A DNA stretch of 64,000 nucleotides from an uncultured Candidatus Binatia bacterium (GTDB taxonomy: Bacteria; Desulfobacterota; Binatia; Bin18). Below are positions 25,002 to 35,276 of this stretch, in pieces. The position numbers and the translations under genes are program-made. Under the pieces are notes generated by a model. It saw nothing but the letters and a program-made list of their open reading frames with translations, made no database searches and was not told the origin of the DNA. Each line of letters starts with the position of its first letter. Position 1 is the first letter of the stretch. The stretch is taken from positions 256,001 to 320,000 of the forward strand of contig OZ243961.1 in assembly GCA_965214605.1 (NCBI GenBank), read 5' to 3'.

Positions 25002-28000
25002 ATGGGATTCGTGCATTTACATTTACATACTCAATACAGCCTGCTCGACGGTGCGAACAAGGTCTCCAACCTGATGCCCCAGGTGGCGGCCTACAACATG
25101 CCGGCGGTGGCCATGACCGACCACGGCAATATGTTTGGGGCGGTCGATTTTTATCGAACCGCAGAGCAGAACGGGGTCAAGCCGATTATTGGCTGTGAGG
25201 TCTATGTCGCTCCCCAGAGCCGGTTTGACAAAAACCTGTCCGGGGCCGACAACCATGAGCACGGCGGCAATTTTCACCTAGTCCTGCTGGCCATGAATCT
25301 GGAAGGCTACCGCAACCTCTGTCGCCTGGTCACGGCCGGTTATGTCGAAGGCTTCTACCGTAAGCCCCGGATCGATAAAGCGCTTCTGCGAGAACTCAAC
25401 GCCGGCCTGATCGCCCTGTCCGGGTGCTTGAGCGGTGAGCTGGCGCGGACCGTGCTGGGCAATCGAGAAAAATCGGCCCGGGAGGTGGCCGAGGAGTACG
25501 CAGCCATTTTTGACGAGCGGTTCTACCTCGAGCTGCAGGCCAACCATCTCCCCGAGCAGGAGCAGTTAAACCCGGCCTTGATTGAACTGGCTGACCAGCT
25601 GTCGCTGCCGCTGGTGGCCACCAACGATTGCCACTACCTGCATGCTGAGGACGCTGAGGCCCACGAGGTGTTGCTGTGCGTGCAGAGCGGCAAAGTCATG
25701 TCCGACGAAAAACGCTGGCGTTTGGGCACGGATCAGCTGTACGTCAAGTCGCCCGAAGTGATGCGCGCCGAGTTTGCCGACCATCCCCAGGCCATTGACA
25801 ATACGCTTGATATTGCGAACCGGTGCAATCTCAACCTGTCGTTTGGCGATTTTAAGTTCCCGGTCTTCGCCATTCCCAAGCAAGCATCTCTGGAGCAGCA
25901 CCTAGAGCGCACCGCCCAACAGGGGCTGGAGGAGCGCCTGAGCCTGATCAGAGCCGCCAATCCCGAGTTCAGTCCGGATGCCGAGCAGGAGTACCGCGAG
26001 CGGCTGGCGTTTGAACTCACAGTGATTGAGGACATGGGCTTTGCCGGATACTTCCTGATTGTGTCTGATTTCATTCTCTACGCCAAGTCTCAGAACATCC
26101 CGGTCGGTCCTGGACGGGGGTCTGCGGCCGGCAGCCTGGTTGCCTACTGTCTCCAGATCACCGACGTTGATCCGATTCGCTATCAGCTCCTGTTTGAGCG
26201 CTTTCTCAACCCCGGTCGCAAGAGTATGCCCGACATTGACGTCGATTTTTGCTTTGAACGCCGGGACGAGGTGATCCAGTACATCAAGGACAAATACGGC
26301 TCCGACAAGGTAGCCCAGATCATTACCTTTGGAACCCTCAAGGGCAAACAGGCGATTAAAGACGTGGGCCGTGCCCTGGAGTTCTCATATGGTGAAACCG
26401 ACCGCATGGCGAAACTCTATCCGGCTCCCAAACAGGGCAAAGATTTTCCGCTTGAGGCGGCGCTTGAAATGGAACCCCGGTTGCGCGAGATCCGCACCGC
26501 CAGCCAGCGTGAACAGAAGCTGTTTGCCTACTCGCTGAAGCTTGAAGGGCTCCTCCGCCACGCCTCCAAACACGCGGCCGGGATTGTCATCTCACCGACC
26601 GCCCTCGTCGATCACCTGCCCCTGTTTGTGGACAAAGAGGGCAGCGTGCTGACCCAGTTTGCTGGGCCCGATGTTGACGCCATTGGACTGATTAAGTTTG
26701 ATTTTTTGGGTTTAAAAACCCTCACCCTGCTGGCCAACACCGTCTACCGGATTAAAAAGACTCGTGGTCTAGACGTGAATCTGAGTACCTTGCCGCTGGA
26801 TGATACCGCTACCTATCATAATCTGACGCGTGGGGACACGGTCGGAGTCTTCCAGATGGAAGGCAGTGGCATCCGCAAATTGATTACTCAGTTAAAACCC
26901 AGCTGTTTTGAAGACATTATTGCTGTCATCGCCCTGTTCCGCCCCGGGCCCTTGGACAGCGGAGCGGCCGAACAGTTTATCCGTCGCAAACACGGCAAAG
27001 AGGCGATTGTCTACCCTCACAAGCTGCTCGCACCGGTGCTGAAAGAAACCTACGGTGTGACCATCTACCAAGAACAGGTGATGCAGATCGCTCAGATTTT
27101 GGCCGGCTACTCCCTGGCCGACGCCGACTCTCTACGCCGGGCAATGGGCAAGAAGAAAAAAGAGGTCATGCAGGAGGAGCGCAGCAAGTTTCTCAGTGGG
27201 GCCAGACAACACCGCATCCCGGAAAAAACGGCCAGCGAAATTTTTGACGCCATGGAGACCTTTGCCGCCTACGGCTTCAACAAGTCCCACGCCGCCGCCT
27301 ATGCCTTTCTCTCGTATCAAACCGCCTATCTAAAAACACATTTTCCTCACGAGTTTATGGCCGCGCTGATGAGTATCGAGATGGGCGATACCAGCAAGAC
27401 GTATAAAAATATCGCCGACTGTCGGCTCCAGAACATTCCGGTCTTACCGCCCGACGTCAATGTCAGCGATGAGGGCTTTACAGTGGGGGGGGACAGTATT
27501 CGTTTTGGGCTGGGGGCGGTCAAAGGTGTGGGCTCAAAAGCGATTGAGGCCATCTGCGAAGCCCGCCAAAACGGACGATTTGAGGACTGGTACGACTTCA
27601 GCCTGCGCGTGCAGGGCCAGCAGGTCAATAAACGGGTGATGGAAAGCCTGATTAAATGCGGTGCGCTCGACTCTTTTGGGCTTCCGCGGTCCCGGCTGCT
27701 GGCGGGCTGTGAGATGACTATGAAGTGGGCCGAGTACGAAGCGCGAGGGGCGAATAGTTCCCAGATGGGGTTATTTGCGGCCGGTGGCAGTAAAGATCCA
27801 ACCCGACCCGAGTTGCCACAGGTGGCCGAGTGGTCGGAACGGGAAAAGCTGAACAATGAGCGCGAAATCCTGGGCTTTTTTATTACCGGCCATCCCCTCG
27901 ATCGCTACGAGAGCCGCCTGCACGGGGTGGTGTCGCTGACCACCGAGATGATAAAAGGCCGGACTCACCACGAGAAAGTGCGCTTAGCCGGCGTGGTCCA

Positions 28001-28469
28001 TGCACTCAAACTCAAGAACAACAAAAAGGGCGATCGCTACGCGACCTTCACGCTCGAAGACAAAGACGGAGTGACAGAGGTGATCGTGTGGCCCGAAGCA
28101 TATCGCCGCTCCGAGCAAAGCCTACACGCCGCTGAGCCGATCTGTCTCAGCGGCGCACTCGATGTGGACGAAGATCGCTGTCAGATTATTGCCGATGAGA
28201 TCGTCCCGCTGGAATCGATCGCCAAGGACGAGGTCAGCCAAGTCCATATTCAGGTGCCGTCGGAGGCCACGACCAAAGAAGATCTGCTGGCCCTGCGGTC
28301 GGTGTTGACCCAACACCAAGGAGAGTGTCGGACCTTTCTCCATCTCCTGCACCCCGATCACCGCGAGACGGTCATCGCTCTGCCCCGGGACCTCGGCGTT
28401 GTCCCGACCCGGGCTATGCTGTCGGCGGTGGAGGATGTCTTTGGCAGTGGGGTGGCGTCTTTTCGCTAA
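25002..28469 (+). CDS. dnaE: DNA polymerase III alpha subunit
   Basis: [44 protein letters not shown]. Confidence 0.98.
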   Translation: MGFVHLHLHTQYSLLDGANKVSNLMPQVAAYNMPAVAMTDHGNMFGAVDFYRTAEQNGVKPIIGCEVYVAPQSRFDKNLSGADNHEHGGNFHLVLLAMNLEGYRNLCRLVTAGYVEGFYRKPRIDKALLRELNAGLIALSGCLSGELARTVLGNREKSAREVAEEYAAIFDERFYLELQANHLPEQEQLNPALIELADQLSLPLVATNDCHYLHAEDAEAHEVLLCVQSGKVMSDEKRWRLGTDQLYVKSPEVMRAEFADHPQAIDNTLDIANRCNLNLSFGDFKFPVFAIPKQASLEQHLERTAQQGLEERLSLIRAANPEFSPDAEQEYRERLAFELTVIEDMGFAGYFLIVSDFILYAKSQNIPVGPGRGSAAGSLVAYCLQITDVDPIRYQLLFERFLNPGRKSMPDIDVDFCFERRDEVIQYIKDKYGSDKVAQIITFGTLKGKQAIKDVGRALEFSYGETDRMAKLYPAPKQGKDFPLEAALEMEPRLREIRTASQREQKLFAYSLKLEGLLRHASKHAAGIVISPTALVDHLPLFVDKEGSVLTQFAGPDVDAIGLIKFDFLGLKTLTLLANTVYRIKKTRGLDVNLSTLPLDDTATYHNLTRGDTVGVFQMEGSGIRKLITQLKPSCFEDIIAVIALFRPGPLDSGAAEQFIRRKHGKEAIVYPHKLLAPVLKETYGVTIYQEQVMQIAQILAGYSLADADSLRRAMGKKKKEVMQEERSKFLSGARQHRIPEKTASEIFDAMETFAAYGFNKSHAAAYAFLSYQTAYLKTHFPHEFMAALMSIEMGDTSKTYKNIADCRLQNIPVLPPDVNVSDEGFTVGGDSIRFGLGAVKGVGSKAIEAICEARQNGRFEDWYDFSLRVQGQQVNKRVMESLIKCGALDSFGLPRSRLLAGCEMTMKWAEYEARGANSSQMGLFAAGGSKDPTRPELPQVAEWSEREKLNNEREILGFFITGHPLDRYESRLHGVVSLTTEMIKGRTHHEKVRLAGVVHALKLKNNKKGDRYATFTLEDKDGVTEVIVWPEAYRRSEQSLHAAEPICLSGALDVDEDRCQIIADEIVPLESIAKDEVSQVHIQVPSEATTKEDLLALRSVLTQHQGECRTFLHLLHPDHRETVIALPRDLGVVPTRAMLSAVEDVFGSGVASFR

Positions 28470-28537
28470 GCCGGTGCTACAATCCGAGGTATGCCGAGTA
28501 TACGCAAGGTTGGCCGTCGGCAACGGGCCGGGGCGCT

Positions 28538-29884
28538 GTGGCCGTGAATGAGCCCGAGCGAGCCGTGTTGGTCGGAGTTGAAGTGCCCCCAAACGGGGGC
28601 ACACACGACCGGTCCCCCGTCGGCGATTTCCAGCTCGAAGAGTCTTTGGACGAACTGGCCCGGCTGAGTGAAGCTGCCGGCTTAGAGGTCTCCGGCCAGA
28701 TACACCAGGTCCTGCGCAATGGCGTGCAGGCAGCTTCCTACATTGGGACGGGCAAGCTGGCTGAAGTCCGGGAGTTGAGCACAGCGACCGGTGCCAATGT
28801 GGTGGTTTTTGATGAGGATTTATCCCCGGCCCAGCAGCGCAATCTGGAAAAAGCTCTGTGCCTCAAGGTTATTGATCGCAGTCAGCTGATTCTTGATATC
28901 TTTGCCCAGCGCGCCCAGAGCCAGGCCGGTAAGCTCCAGGTCGAGCTCGCCCAGCTCGAGTATCTCCGGCCGCGCCTCACCCGCCAGTGGACCCATCTCT
29001 CTCGGCTTGGCGGCGGGGTCGGTACCCGGGGGCCCGGAGAAGCGCAGCTTGAGCATGATCGACGCCGTATTCGAGAACGTATTGCCACGGTCCGGCGCCG
29101 TTTACGGCAGGTCGAACGGACGCGCGGCCTCCACCGTCAAGAGCGTACCCGGGTCCCCTTTCCGTCTATCGCTCTCGTTGGCTATACCAATGCAGGAAAA
29201 TCCACCCTGATGAACGCCCTGACCCGTGCTCAGGTCGTGGTCGAAGACAAACTCTTCGCCACCCTTGACCCGACCAGCCGTCGCCTCGATCTCCCCGGTG
29301 GACAGACTGTCTTGTTGACCGATACCGTCGGATTTATCAATAAACTGCCCCACCAGCTGATTGACGCGTTTAGGGGCACCCTCGAAGAAGTTCGGACGGC
29401 CGACATCCTTGTGCATGTGATTGATGCCAGCCATCCGCGTTGGGTGGAACAGAAAGCGGTTGTTGGGCAAGTTTTGCAAGATATTGGCGTGGCGCACATC
29501 CCGACCTTTACCGTCTATAACAAGCTTGACCAACTGCCTGCCGAGCCCCCCGAAGACGGGTGGTGGCCGAGACCCGGAGCGGAGCAGGGCGCGGCCCACG
29601 CAGGTGACGAGTTTGGTATCTCGGCTCTGAGGGGAGTCGGCATTGCCGCTCTGCTTCGCACTCTCGAGTGCCATCTGGAGCAAGAGCGCGAAGTGCTGCG
29701 GCTGGAGTTGCCCCTCGGTGCTGGACAGATCCTGGATTTTCTGCACAGAAGTGGGAGGGTGATGGAACAAACGTACACGGAGACAAACATCCGGGTCACC
29801 GCCCGGGTATCGGCCAAGGTGGCTGGACAACTCCGCAAGAGGCTGACCGCAGCTGGCCTGGCCGGATACAAGCTGAGCGCATGA
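28538..29884 (+). CDS. hflX: GTPase HflX
   Basis: [44 protein letters not shown]. Confidence 0.97.
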   Translation: MAVNEPERAVLVGVEVPPNGGTHDRSPVGDFQLEESLDELARLSEAAGLEVSGQIHQVLRNGVQAASYIGTGKLAEVRELSTATGANVVVFDEDLSPAQQRNLEKALCLKVIDRSQLILDIFAQRAQSQAGKLQVELAQLEYLRPRLTRQWTHLSRLGGGVGTRGPGEAQLEHDRRRIRERIATVRRRLRQVERTRGLHRQERTRVPFPSIALVGYTNAGKSTLMNALTRAQVVVEDKLFATLDPTSRRLDLPGGQTVLLTDTVGFINKLPHQLIDAFRGTLEEVRTADILVHVIDASHPRWVEQKAVVGQVLQDIGVAHIPTFTVYNKLDQLPAEPPEDGWWPRPGAEQGAAHAGDEFGISALRGVGIAALLRTLECHLEQEREVLRLELPLGAGQILDFLHRSGRVMEQTYTETNIRVTARVSAKVAGQLRKRLTAAGLAGYKLSA

Positions 29885-30474
29885 ATACAAGCTTCTCCTA
29901 CTCCCTCGAGCTTCGACATCCGCGGATCTTGCCAAATCTGATCACTGCTGTCCGTGTTCTGGCCATTCCCATCCTGCTGTTTTTTCTGGTCCGGGAGCGC
30001 TATGTGGCGGCGTTGAGCACCTTTGTCTTTGCCGCTATGACGGATTGGCTGGACGGGCAGGTCGCGCGCTACGTGGGCAGTGACTCCGATGAATTTGGCA
30101 AGCGATTTGACGCCCTCGCTGATAAAGCCCTCGTCTGCAGCACCCTGATTACGCTTACGGTCATGGGCGGTGTGCCGGCGTGGCTGACGAGCTTAGTGGT
30201 GGTCCGGGACGTCGTGTTGGTGGGCGGTTTTGGCCTCCTTTTCTTGTTGACAGGTCGCACAATTCGCACCAAGCCAAGCCAAGTTGGCAAGTGGGGCACT
30301 TTTTTACTGTTGGTCTCGGTGAGCATGGCGCTGATTGAGCTGCTCTCACCGAACTGGCTACCAGTCCCGCTGGCTCAGACGGTATGGGTACTGGCTGGGG
30401 GAGCGATTGTCTTCTCCGGTGTCCAATACGTGTGGCGGGCAGTTGACTGGCTGCAGGGTCGGGAGGAAGACTGA
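29881..30474 (+). CDS. CDP-alcohol phosphatidyltransferase family protein (PgsA/cardiolipin synthase-like)
   Basis: LPNLITAVR and [10 protein letters not shown]...[11 protein letters not shown] signature. Hydrophobic. ATGA overlap with hflX. Confidence 0.92.
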   Translation: MNTSFSYSLELRHPRILPNLITAVRVLAIPILLFFLVRERYVAALSTFVFAAMTDWLDGQVARYVGSDSDEFGKRFDALADKALVCSTLITLTVMGGVPAWLTSLVVVRDVVLVGGFGLLFLLTGRTIRTKPSQVGKWGTFLLLVSVSMALIELLSPNWLPVPLAQTVWVLAGGAIVFSGVQYVWRAVDWLQGREED

Positions 30475-30606
30475 AGTGGTCGGCCAGCGCCAGCGGGCGA
30501 TGGGGGTATGCTTGTACGTCAGCCTTAGGATTGCTATATGGGGGCTGCCCTACGATCTGTTATGAATCAGGATTGAGCAGATTCGGAGGAGGGATAGGGG
30601 GAGAGC

Positions 30607-31365
30607 GTGATTCGGGTGTTTCCGTGTGTTGAGAATACTAAACTCATGGAACTGTTCCGCAAGGGGGTGGAGGGGCAGTGGTCGGCGTCGGTGATCGACT
30701 GGGAACAACCTGTGGGGCTGAGTCGGGCTGAGCAACACGCGTTGGCCCACGTGCTGACCCCGGTCTACCTTGGTGAACAGACCGCCATGGTCGGGGCGAG
30801 TTCGGTGATCCCCCAGTTTTTCGCCACGCATCAGGTTGAGGCCCAGCTGTACCTCTCGACCTTCATGCTTGACGAGGCGCGCCACTTTGAGATGATCACC
30901 CGTTTTTACAACAAAATGGGTCTCCGTCCCATTGAGATCCGTGAGTTGAAAGTCATGTTTCGCTATCAGGTCCGGCTGTTTAAGTCGCGCGACAAGGTCG
31001 AGTGGCTGTGGGGCATCCTGTTGAGTGACATCCTGGCCCGCCATTTTTACGGGTTGCTCGTCAAAGCCCATCCAGACTCGCTCTTTGCCCAGTTTGCGAG
31101 TCGAATCATCACCGACGAGGCGCGTCATTTGGCGTTTGCCGAGCTCTACCTCGTGCAAGAGCTGAAGCGTCGGCCTGAGCTCAAGCCAGGCTTCCTCAGG
31201 ATGCAGGACGAACTGATCGGGATGATGCGGGCTATGCACGCCGGCTTAAAAGACGAAGCCTGTTTTATCGGTCTTGACGAAAAGCTTCTGTTTGATGCGG
31301 TGGTCCACGATGTCGAAAAGAAAGTCCGCCGTATGCAGCTCCACGAACCGTCACAGGACAAATAG
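30607..31365 (+). CDS. Ferritin-like di-iron carboxylate protein
   Basis: Ligand pattern GE...DEARH...SD...DEARH and N-terminal QWS...IDW. Confidence 0.82.
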   Translation: MIRVFPCVENTKLMELFRKGVEGQWSASVIDWEQPVGLSRAEQHALAHVLTPVYLGEQTAMVGASSVIPQFFATHQVEAQLYLSTFMLDEARHFEMITRFYNKMGLRPIEIRELKVMFRYQVRLFKSRDKVEWLWGILLSDILARHFYGLLVKAHPDSLFAQFASRIITDEARHLAFAELYLVQELKRRPELKPGFLRMQDELIGMMRAMHAGLKDEACFIGLDEKLLFDAVVHDVEKKVRRMQLHEPSQDK

Positions 31366-32673
31366 GTGAGGCACGGTCCAGTTCGTCAGTCCGCCGCTCG
31401 TCTGCCGCGCTGGCCACGGGTGAACCGTCCCGACACGGTGCAGTACCGACAAGACCACCTTCGGGCTCTCGCCCACTGGGACACGAGCCACCAGCACGTC
31501 CTGAACTGGCCGGTCCCAGAATCGGTATTGGCCCGTTTTCAAGAGTGTCTGACCGGGCATGTGGTGCTGCCCGTCGGGGTCGTTGGCCCGCTGGCTGTGA
31601 ATCTGGGCCACTACAGACTTGACGACACGGGCTTTGTCCGGGAAGAAGAGCGCAGCAACGAACAGGTGTTTGTTCCGCTGGCCCACACCGAAGGTGGCCT
31701 GTCCGCCTCGGTCCAACGGGGCGCAATCGCCGTGGCGCTAGCCGGAGGCATTCGCACCCATGTCCTGGCCGATAGCATGACCCGAGACTCGTGTTTTGTC
31801 TTCGGTTCGACCCAGGCAGCGCTGCGCCTTGCCGACTGGTTGGCCGATCAACAAACGGCGATGGCCGCCTGGCTGCGTCAGGCTGCGCAGGCTCCGCCCG
31901 CCAAAGCCCAGCTTGATCTCCCGCCGATCAGCCGGCACGCCGTCTTGCGTGGACTTGAGACGCATGTGATCGGCCCCATGTGTCACGTGTTGTATCGGTT
32001 TACGACCGGCGATGCCTGCGGCCCGAATATGATGACGCGCAACGCCTATGCCCTGAATCAGGGGTTTATACGCGAGCGTTTCTGGCGCGAGACCGGACTT
32101 GAGCCGCTCCACGTCTTTGTTGAAACAAATATGGGCGGCGATAAAAAGCCGAGCCACGCCTTTTTTCAATTCCCTGGTCATGGCAAAGTGGTTGGAGCAG
32201 AAGCGACGCTGCCCGATCCTGTTCTGCGGCGCGTCTTACGCGTGGGGACCGATGACCTGGTGGCCCTTGAGCACGCCGGGCTACACGGATCGCATGCCAG
32301 CGGCATGCAGTCCTTCGCCTTTACGCCGGCCTCGGCCGTGGCGGCGATCTTTGCCGCCACCGGCCAGGACTTGGGCATGGTTGGAACGAGTAGTATGGCC
32401 CACGATTCGGTTTCGCGGACCGAGGAGGGCATTCACATCACGATCCGCCTGTCCGGCCTGGAGGTCGGGACTGTTGGGGGCGGGACGAGTTTGCCACACG
32501 CCCAGGCGTATCTCCAACTGATGGATTGTCTCGGTCCGGGGAAAGTCTACCGTTTTGCCCAGTGTATTGCCGCGACTGCCCTGTGCCTAGAGATTTCGGC
32601 GACCGCGAGCATGGCTTCGGCCGGAAGTCGGAATTTTGTACAGGCCCATTTTGAGCGGGGCGGAGAAAGATGA
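31366..32673 (+). CDS. Class I HMG-CoA-reductase-like protein (divergent)
   Basis: PLAHTEGGL, SMTR, TGDACGPNM, GGDKKP, ATGQD, VGTVGGGT and C-terminal AH. Confidence 0.85.
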   Translation: MRHGPVRQSAARLPRWPRVNRPDTVQYRQDHLRALAHWDTSHQHVLNWPVPESVLARFQECLTGHVVLPVGVVGPLAVNLGHYRLDDTGFVREEERSNEQVFVPLAHTEGGLSASVQRGAIAVALAGGIRTHVLADSMTRDSCFVFGSTQAALRLADWLADQQTAMAAWLRQAAQAPPAKAQLDLPPISRHAVLRGLETHVIGPMCHVLYRFTTGDACGPNMMTRNAYALNQGFIRERFWRETGLEPLHVFVETNMGGDKKPSHAFFQFPGHGKVVGAEATLPDPVLRRVLRVGTDDLVALEHAGLHGSHASGMQSFAFTPASAVAAIFAATGQDLGMVGTSSMAHDSVSRTEEGIHITIRLSGLEVGTVGGGTSLPHAQAYLQLMDCLGPGKVYRFAQCIAATALCLEISATASMASAGSRNFVQAHFERGGER

Positions 32674-32728
32674 GAGGCAGATAAGACCAGCCGGGGGTGG
32701 GGGGCCCTGCCTCCTGCAGAGTGGGGCG

Positions 32729-33634
32729 ATGACGGATATTCGGCTCATTGTCAATCCCAGCTCTGGGCGGGGGCGGGGGAGAGCGGTGGCAAAACAGGCC
32801 ACGCGCTTGCTGGCCAGTCACGGTGTGGCCCATGAGGTGTGTTACAGCTCTTCGGTGCATGAGCCTGCCCGACTGGCCCGTGAGGCGGTCGCTGGCAGGG
32901 CAGCCGCAGTTGTCGCTATTGGCGGTGACGGGCTCGTGAGTCAGGTTGCCGGCCCGTTGGTCGGGACTGAGACGCCGCTGGGCATCATTCCGGCCGGGAG
33001 GGGCAACGATTTTGCACGGGGATTAGGCATCCCGCTTGATGTCGCCGCTGCTTGTGCAACTGTTGCCACTGCTCGGCAGAGGCGGATCGATATCGGACAG
33101 GCCAACGGGCGGTACTTCTTCTCGGTGGCGGTCATGGGTGTTGCCGCCGAGATTAACCGCAAAGCCAACGCCTCGACCCGCCTGCGGGTGAATGCTGCGT
33201 ATTCGCTGCTCACGGTTGCCACGATTTTCAGCAGCCAGCCCCGGCTCTTTACCCTGAAGTACGAAGGCCGCCGCCGCCGCTGCTACAGCTGGCTGATCGC
33301 TGTCGGCAATACCTGGAGTAGCGGTCGGGGCATGGCCCTAGTGCCGACCGCCCGACCAGACGACGGGCAGTTGGATGCGTGTGTGGTGAACGGCATGGGC
33401 AGATTCGAGTTGTTGGTGTCCGTGTTTCCCCGTGTGTTCAGCGGTCGGCACGTGTACCATACCGGGGTGGAGACTGTGCGCGGGAGTGAAATGACGGTGC
33501 ACTCCGACCAGCCCGGTGACATTTACGCCGACGGAGAACGGATCGGTCCCCTGCCGGTGAGCCTGAAGGCCATTCCTGAAGCGCTGAGCGTGTTGGTTCC
33601 AGACGTCCCATGGGGCGGACAAGGCAGACGATGA
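32729..33634 (+). CDS. Diacylglycerol/sphingosine kinase family lipid kinase (YegS/DgkB-like)
   Basis: IVNPSSG, GGDG, IIPAGRGNDFAR, DDGQLD, ADGE. Confidence 0.93.
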   Translation: MTDIRLIVNPSSGRGRGRAVAKQATRLLASHGVAHEVCYSSSVHEPARLAREAVAGRAAAVVAIGGDGLVSQVAGPLVGTETPLGIIPAGRGNDFARGLGIPLDVAAACATVATARQRRIDIGQANGRYFFSVAVMGVAAEINRKANASTRLRVNAAYSLLTVATIFSSQPRLFTLKYEGRRRRCYSWLIAVGNTWSSGRGMALVPTARPDDGQLDACVVNGMGRFELLVSVFPRVFSGRHVYHTGVETVRGSEMTVHSDQPGDIYADGERIGPLPVSLKAIPEALSVLVPDVPWGGQGRR

Positions 33635-33899
33635 TCTGCTTCCGCTCTTGTTCAGAAGGTCCTCGTTGTCTCCCTTGCCGTCCAGCGGCGACGTGGTATA
33701 CGTGGACGAATGAGGGAGAACGCGGCAGTGCTCCCTTCCATGCCTCGCGGATCACAGTTCGTGTTGAGGCCAGCCTGTGATCATGTCCGGTCGTTTGAGA
33801 AGCCCCAGAAGACCGCTGCTGTCACGCTCGGATATTTTTGGGGGCAGTGAGGTAAGGTGAACCGAGCACCAAGAGATCAGCGTTAAGGGAGGGCCCTCT

Positions 33900-34535
33900 A
33901 TGGACTACCCCGAGCCGTTTAAGGCTGAGATGTTTGACCGAGTCGACGAAACGGAGGATGAGCGCTTTTATGAGGCTGCGCGCAAAGTCGTCCACATTGA
34001 CGAGCCGGCGATTGTGGCGGTGGGCGAGTTTGTCCAGACCGCCTTTGCGCCAAACAGCGTGCTGCTCGACCTGATGAGTAGCTGGCGCTCTCATCTGCCC
34101 CAGGGTTTTGTCAAGCAACGCTTGGTGGGCCTCGGCCTCAATATGGAAGAGATGGCCGATAACCCGGATCTGGACGACTATGTCGTCCACAACCTGAATA
34201 CCAATCCGACCCTCCCGTTTGACGATGAGATGTTTGATGGCGTGTTGGTCACGGTTTCCATCCAATATCTGATTAAACCGCTCGAAGTGTTTGCCGAGGT
34301 ATGTCGGGTGCTCAAACCGGGCGCACCGTTTGCCGTCTTCTTCTCTAACCGCATGTTTCCCACCAAGGCGATCCGGCTCTGGCAGATGCTCCGCGACGCG
34401 GGGAGGCGTGAGTTGATCGAGCAGTATTTTCACCGCACTGCCGGTTTTGAGGCGCCGTTGTTTTACGATCTGAGTCCTCACCCTGGCCGCTCCGATCCGC
34501 TGTATGTGGTGTGTGCTCGGCGAGCCGCGCAGTGA
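33900..34535 (+). CDS. Class I SAM-dependent methyltransferase
   Basis: LDLMSSWRSHLP, GLGLN, VSIQYL, FSNRMFPTKA. Confidence 0.88.
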   Translation: MDYPEPFKAEMFDRVDETEDERFYEAARKVVHIDEPAIVAVGEFVQTAFAPNSVLLDLMSSWRSHLPQGFVKQRLVGLGLNMEEMADNPDLDDYVVHNLNTNPTLPFDDEMFDGVLVTVSIQYLIKPLEVFAEVCRVLKPGAPFAVFFSNRMFPTKAIRLWQMLRDAGRRELIEQYFHRTAGFEAPLFYDLSPHPGRSDPLYVVCARRAAQ

Positions 34536-35200
34536 GGCGCGCGGCCCGTCGAGCCCTGACCCCTCGTCCGCCCCCTAGGCGGCCCACTCTTGGCCAAGAA
34601 CGTAGGTTGTGGCGGCATGGTTTCCACGCGATTGCCGGAGTTGACGAGGCCGGTATCGGGGCCTTGGCTGGGCCTGTCGTGGCCGCTGCGGTGATTTTTT
34701 CCGCCCAACATCTCGCCTCAGATCAAGAGATTCCGGCCGCCTGGCCCCAAGGCGTGCGGGACTCAAAAACCCTCACCGCTCAAGCCCGACAGCGCCTAGA
34801 CGTTGGCATTCGTCGGGTCGCCCGAGCTCTTGGGATTGGGCTGGTTGCGGTCGAGGAGATTGACCGGATCAATATTTATCAGGCGGGACTCAGAGCCATG
34901 CGCCTCGCAGTGGAGCGGCTGAGCGTCCCGCCTCAGCAGGTGTTGGTTGACGGTCGTCCTATCCCAGATCTGACCTGTCCCCAGACCACCTTTATCAAAG
35001 GCGACCGTGATATTTTTAGCATTGCTGCCGCCTCGATTATCGCCAAAGTCCATCGAGACCGTCTGATGACTGAGCTCGATAGCCGCTATCCGCACTACGG
35101 CTTTGCCCGCCATAAGGGCTATGGCACGGTGGCCCACCGGGCAGTCCTGCGGGAGTACGGTCCGTGTCCGGCCCATCGTCGTTCGTTTCGTCTGTTGTAA
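34532..35200 (+). CDS. rnhB: Ribonuclease HII
   Basis: GVDEAG...AGPVV, DSK, VDG, KGD, AAASIIAKVHRD, HKGYGT, HRRSF. Confidence 0.96.
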   Translation: MRRAARRALTPRPPPRRPTLGQERRLWRHGFHAIAGVDEAGIGALAGPVVAAAVIFSAQHLASDQEIPAAWPQGVRDSKTLTAQARQRLDVGIRRVARALGIGLVAVEEIDRINIYQAGLRAMRLAVERLSVPPQQVLVDGRPIPDLTCPQTTFIKGDRDIFSIAAASIIAKVHRDRLMTELDSRYPHYGFARHKGYGTVAHRAVLREYGPCPAHRRSFRLL

Positions 35201-35276
35201 CATCCCCTTCACCCGCCGTTTGAGGAGCGATATACTACGCGTGGTTAACGCCCCCCGAGCAGGAGAGGAGGAGTTC

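Noticed and set aside
31366-32673. Calling a mevalonate pathway or gene symbol hmgA/mvaA
   Set aside because: No other pathway genes are nearby and the substrate-binding motifs are altered.
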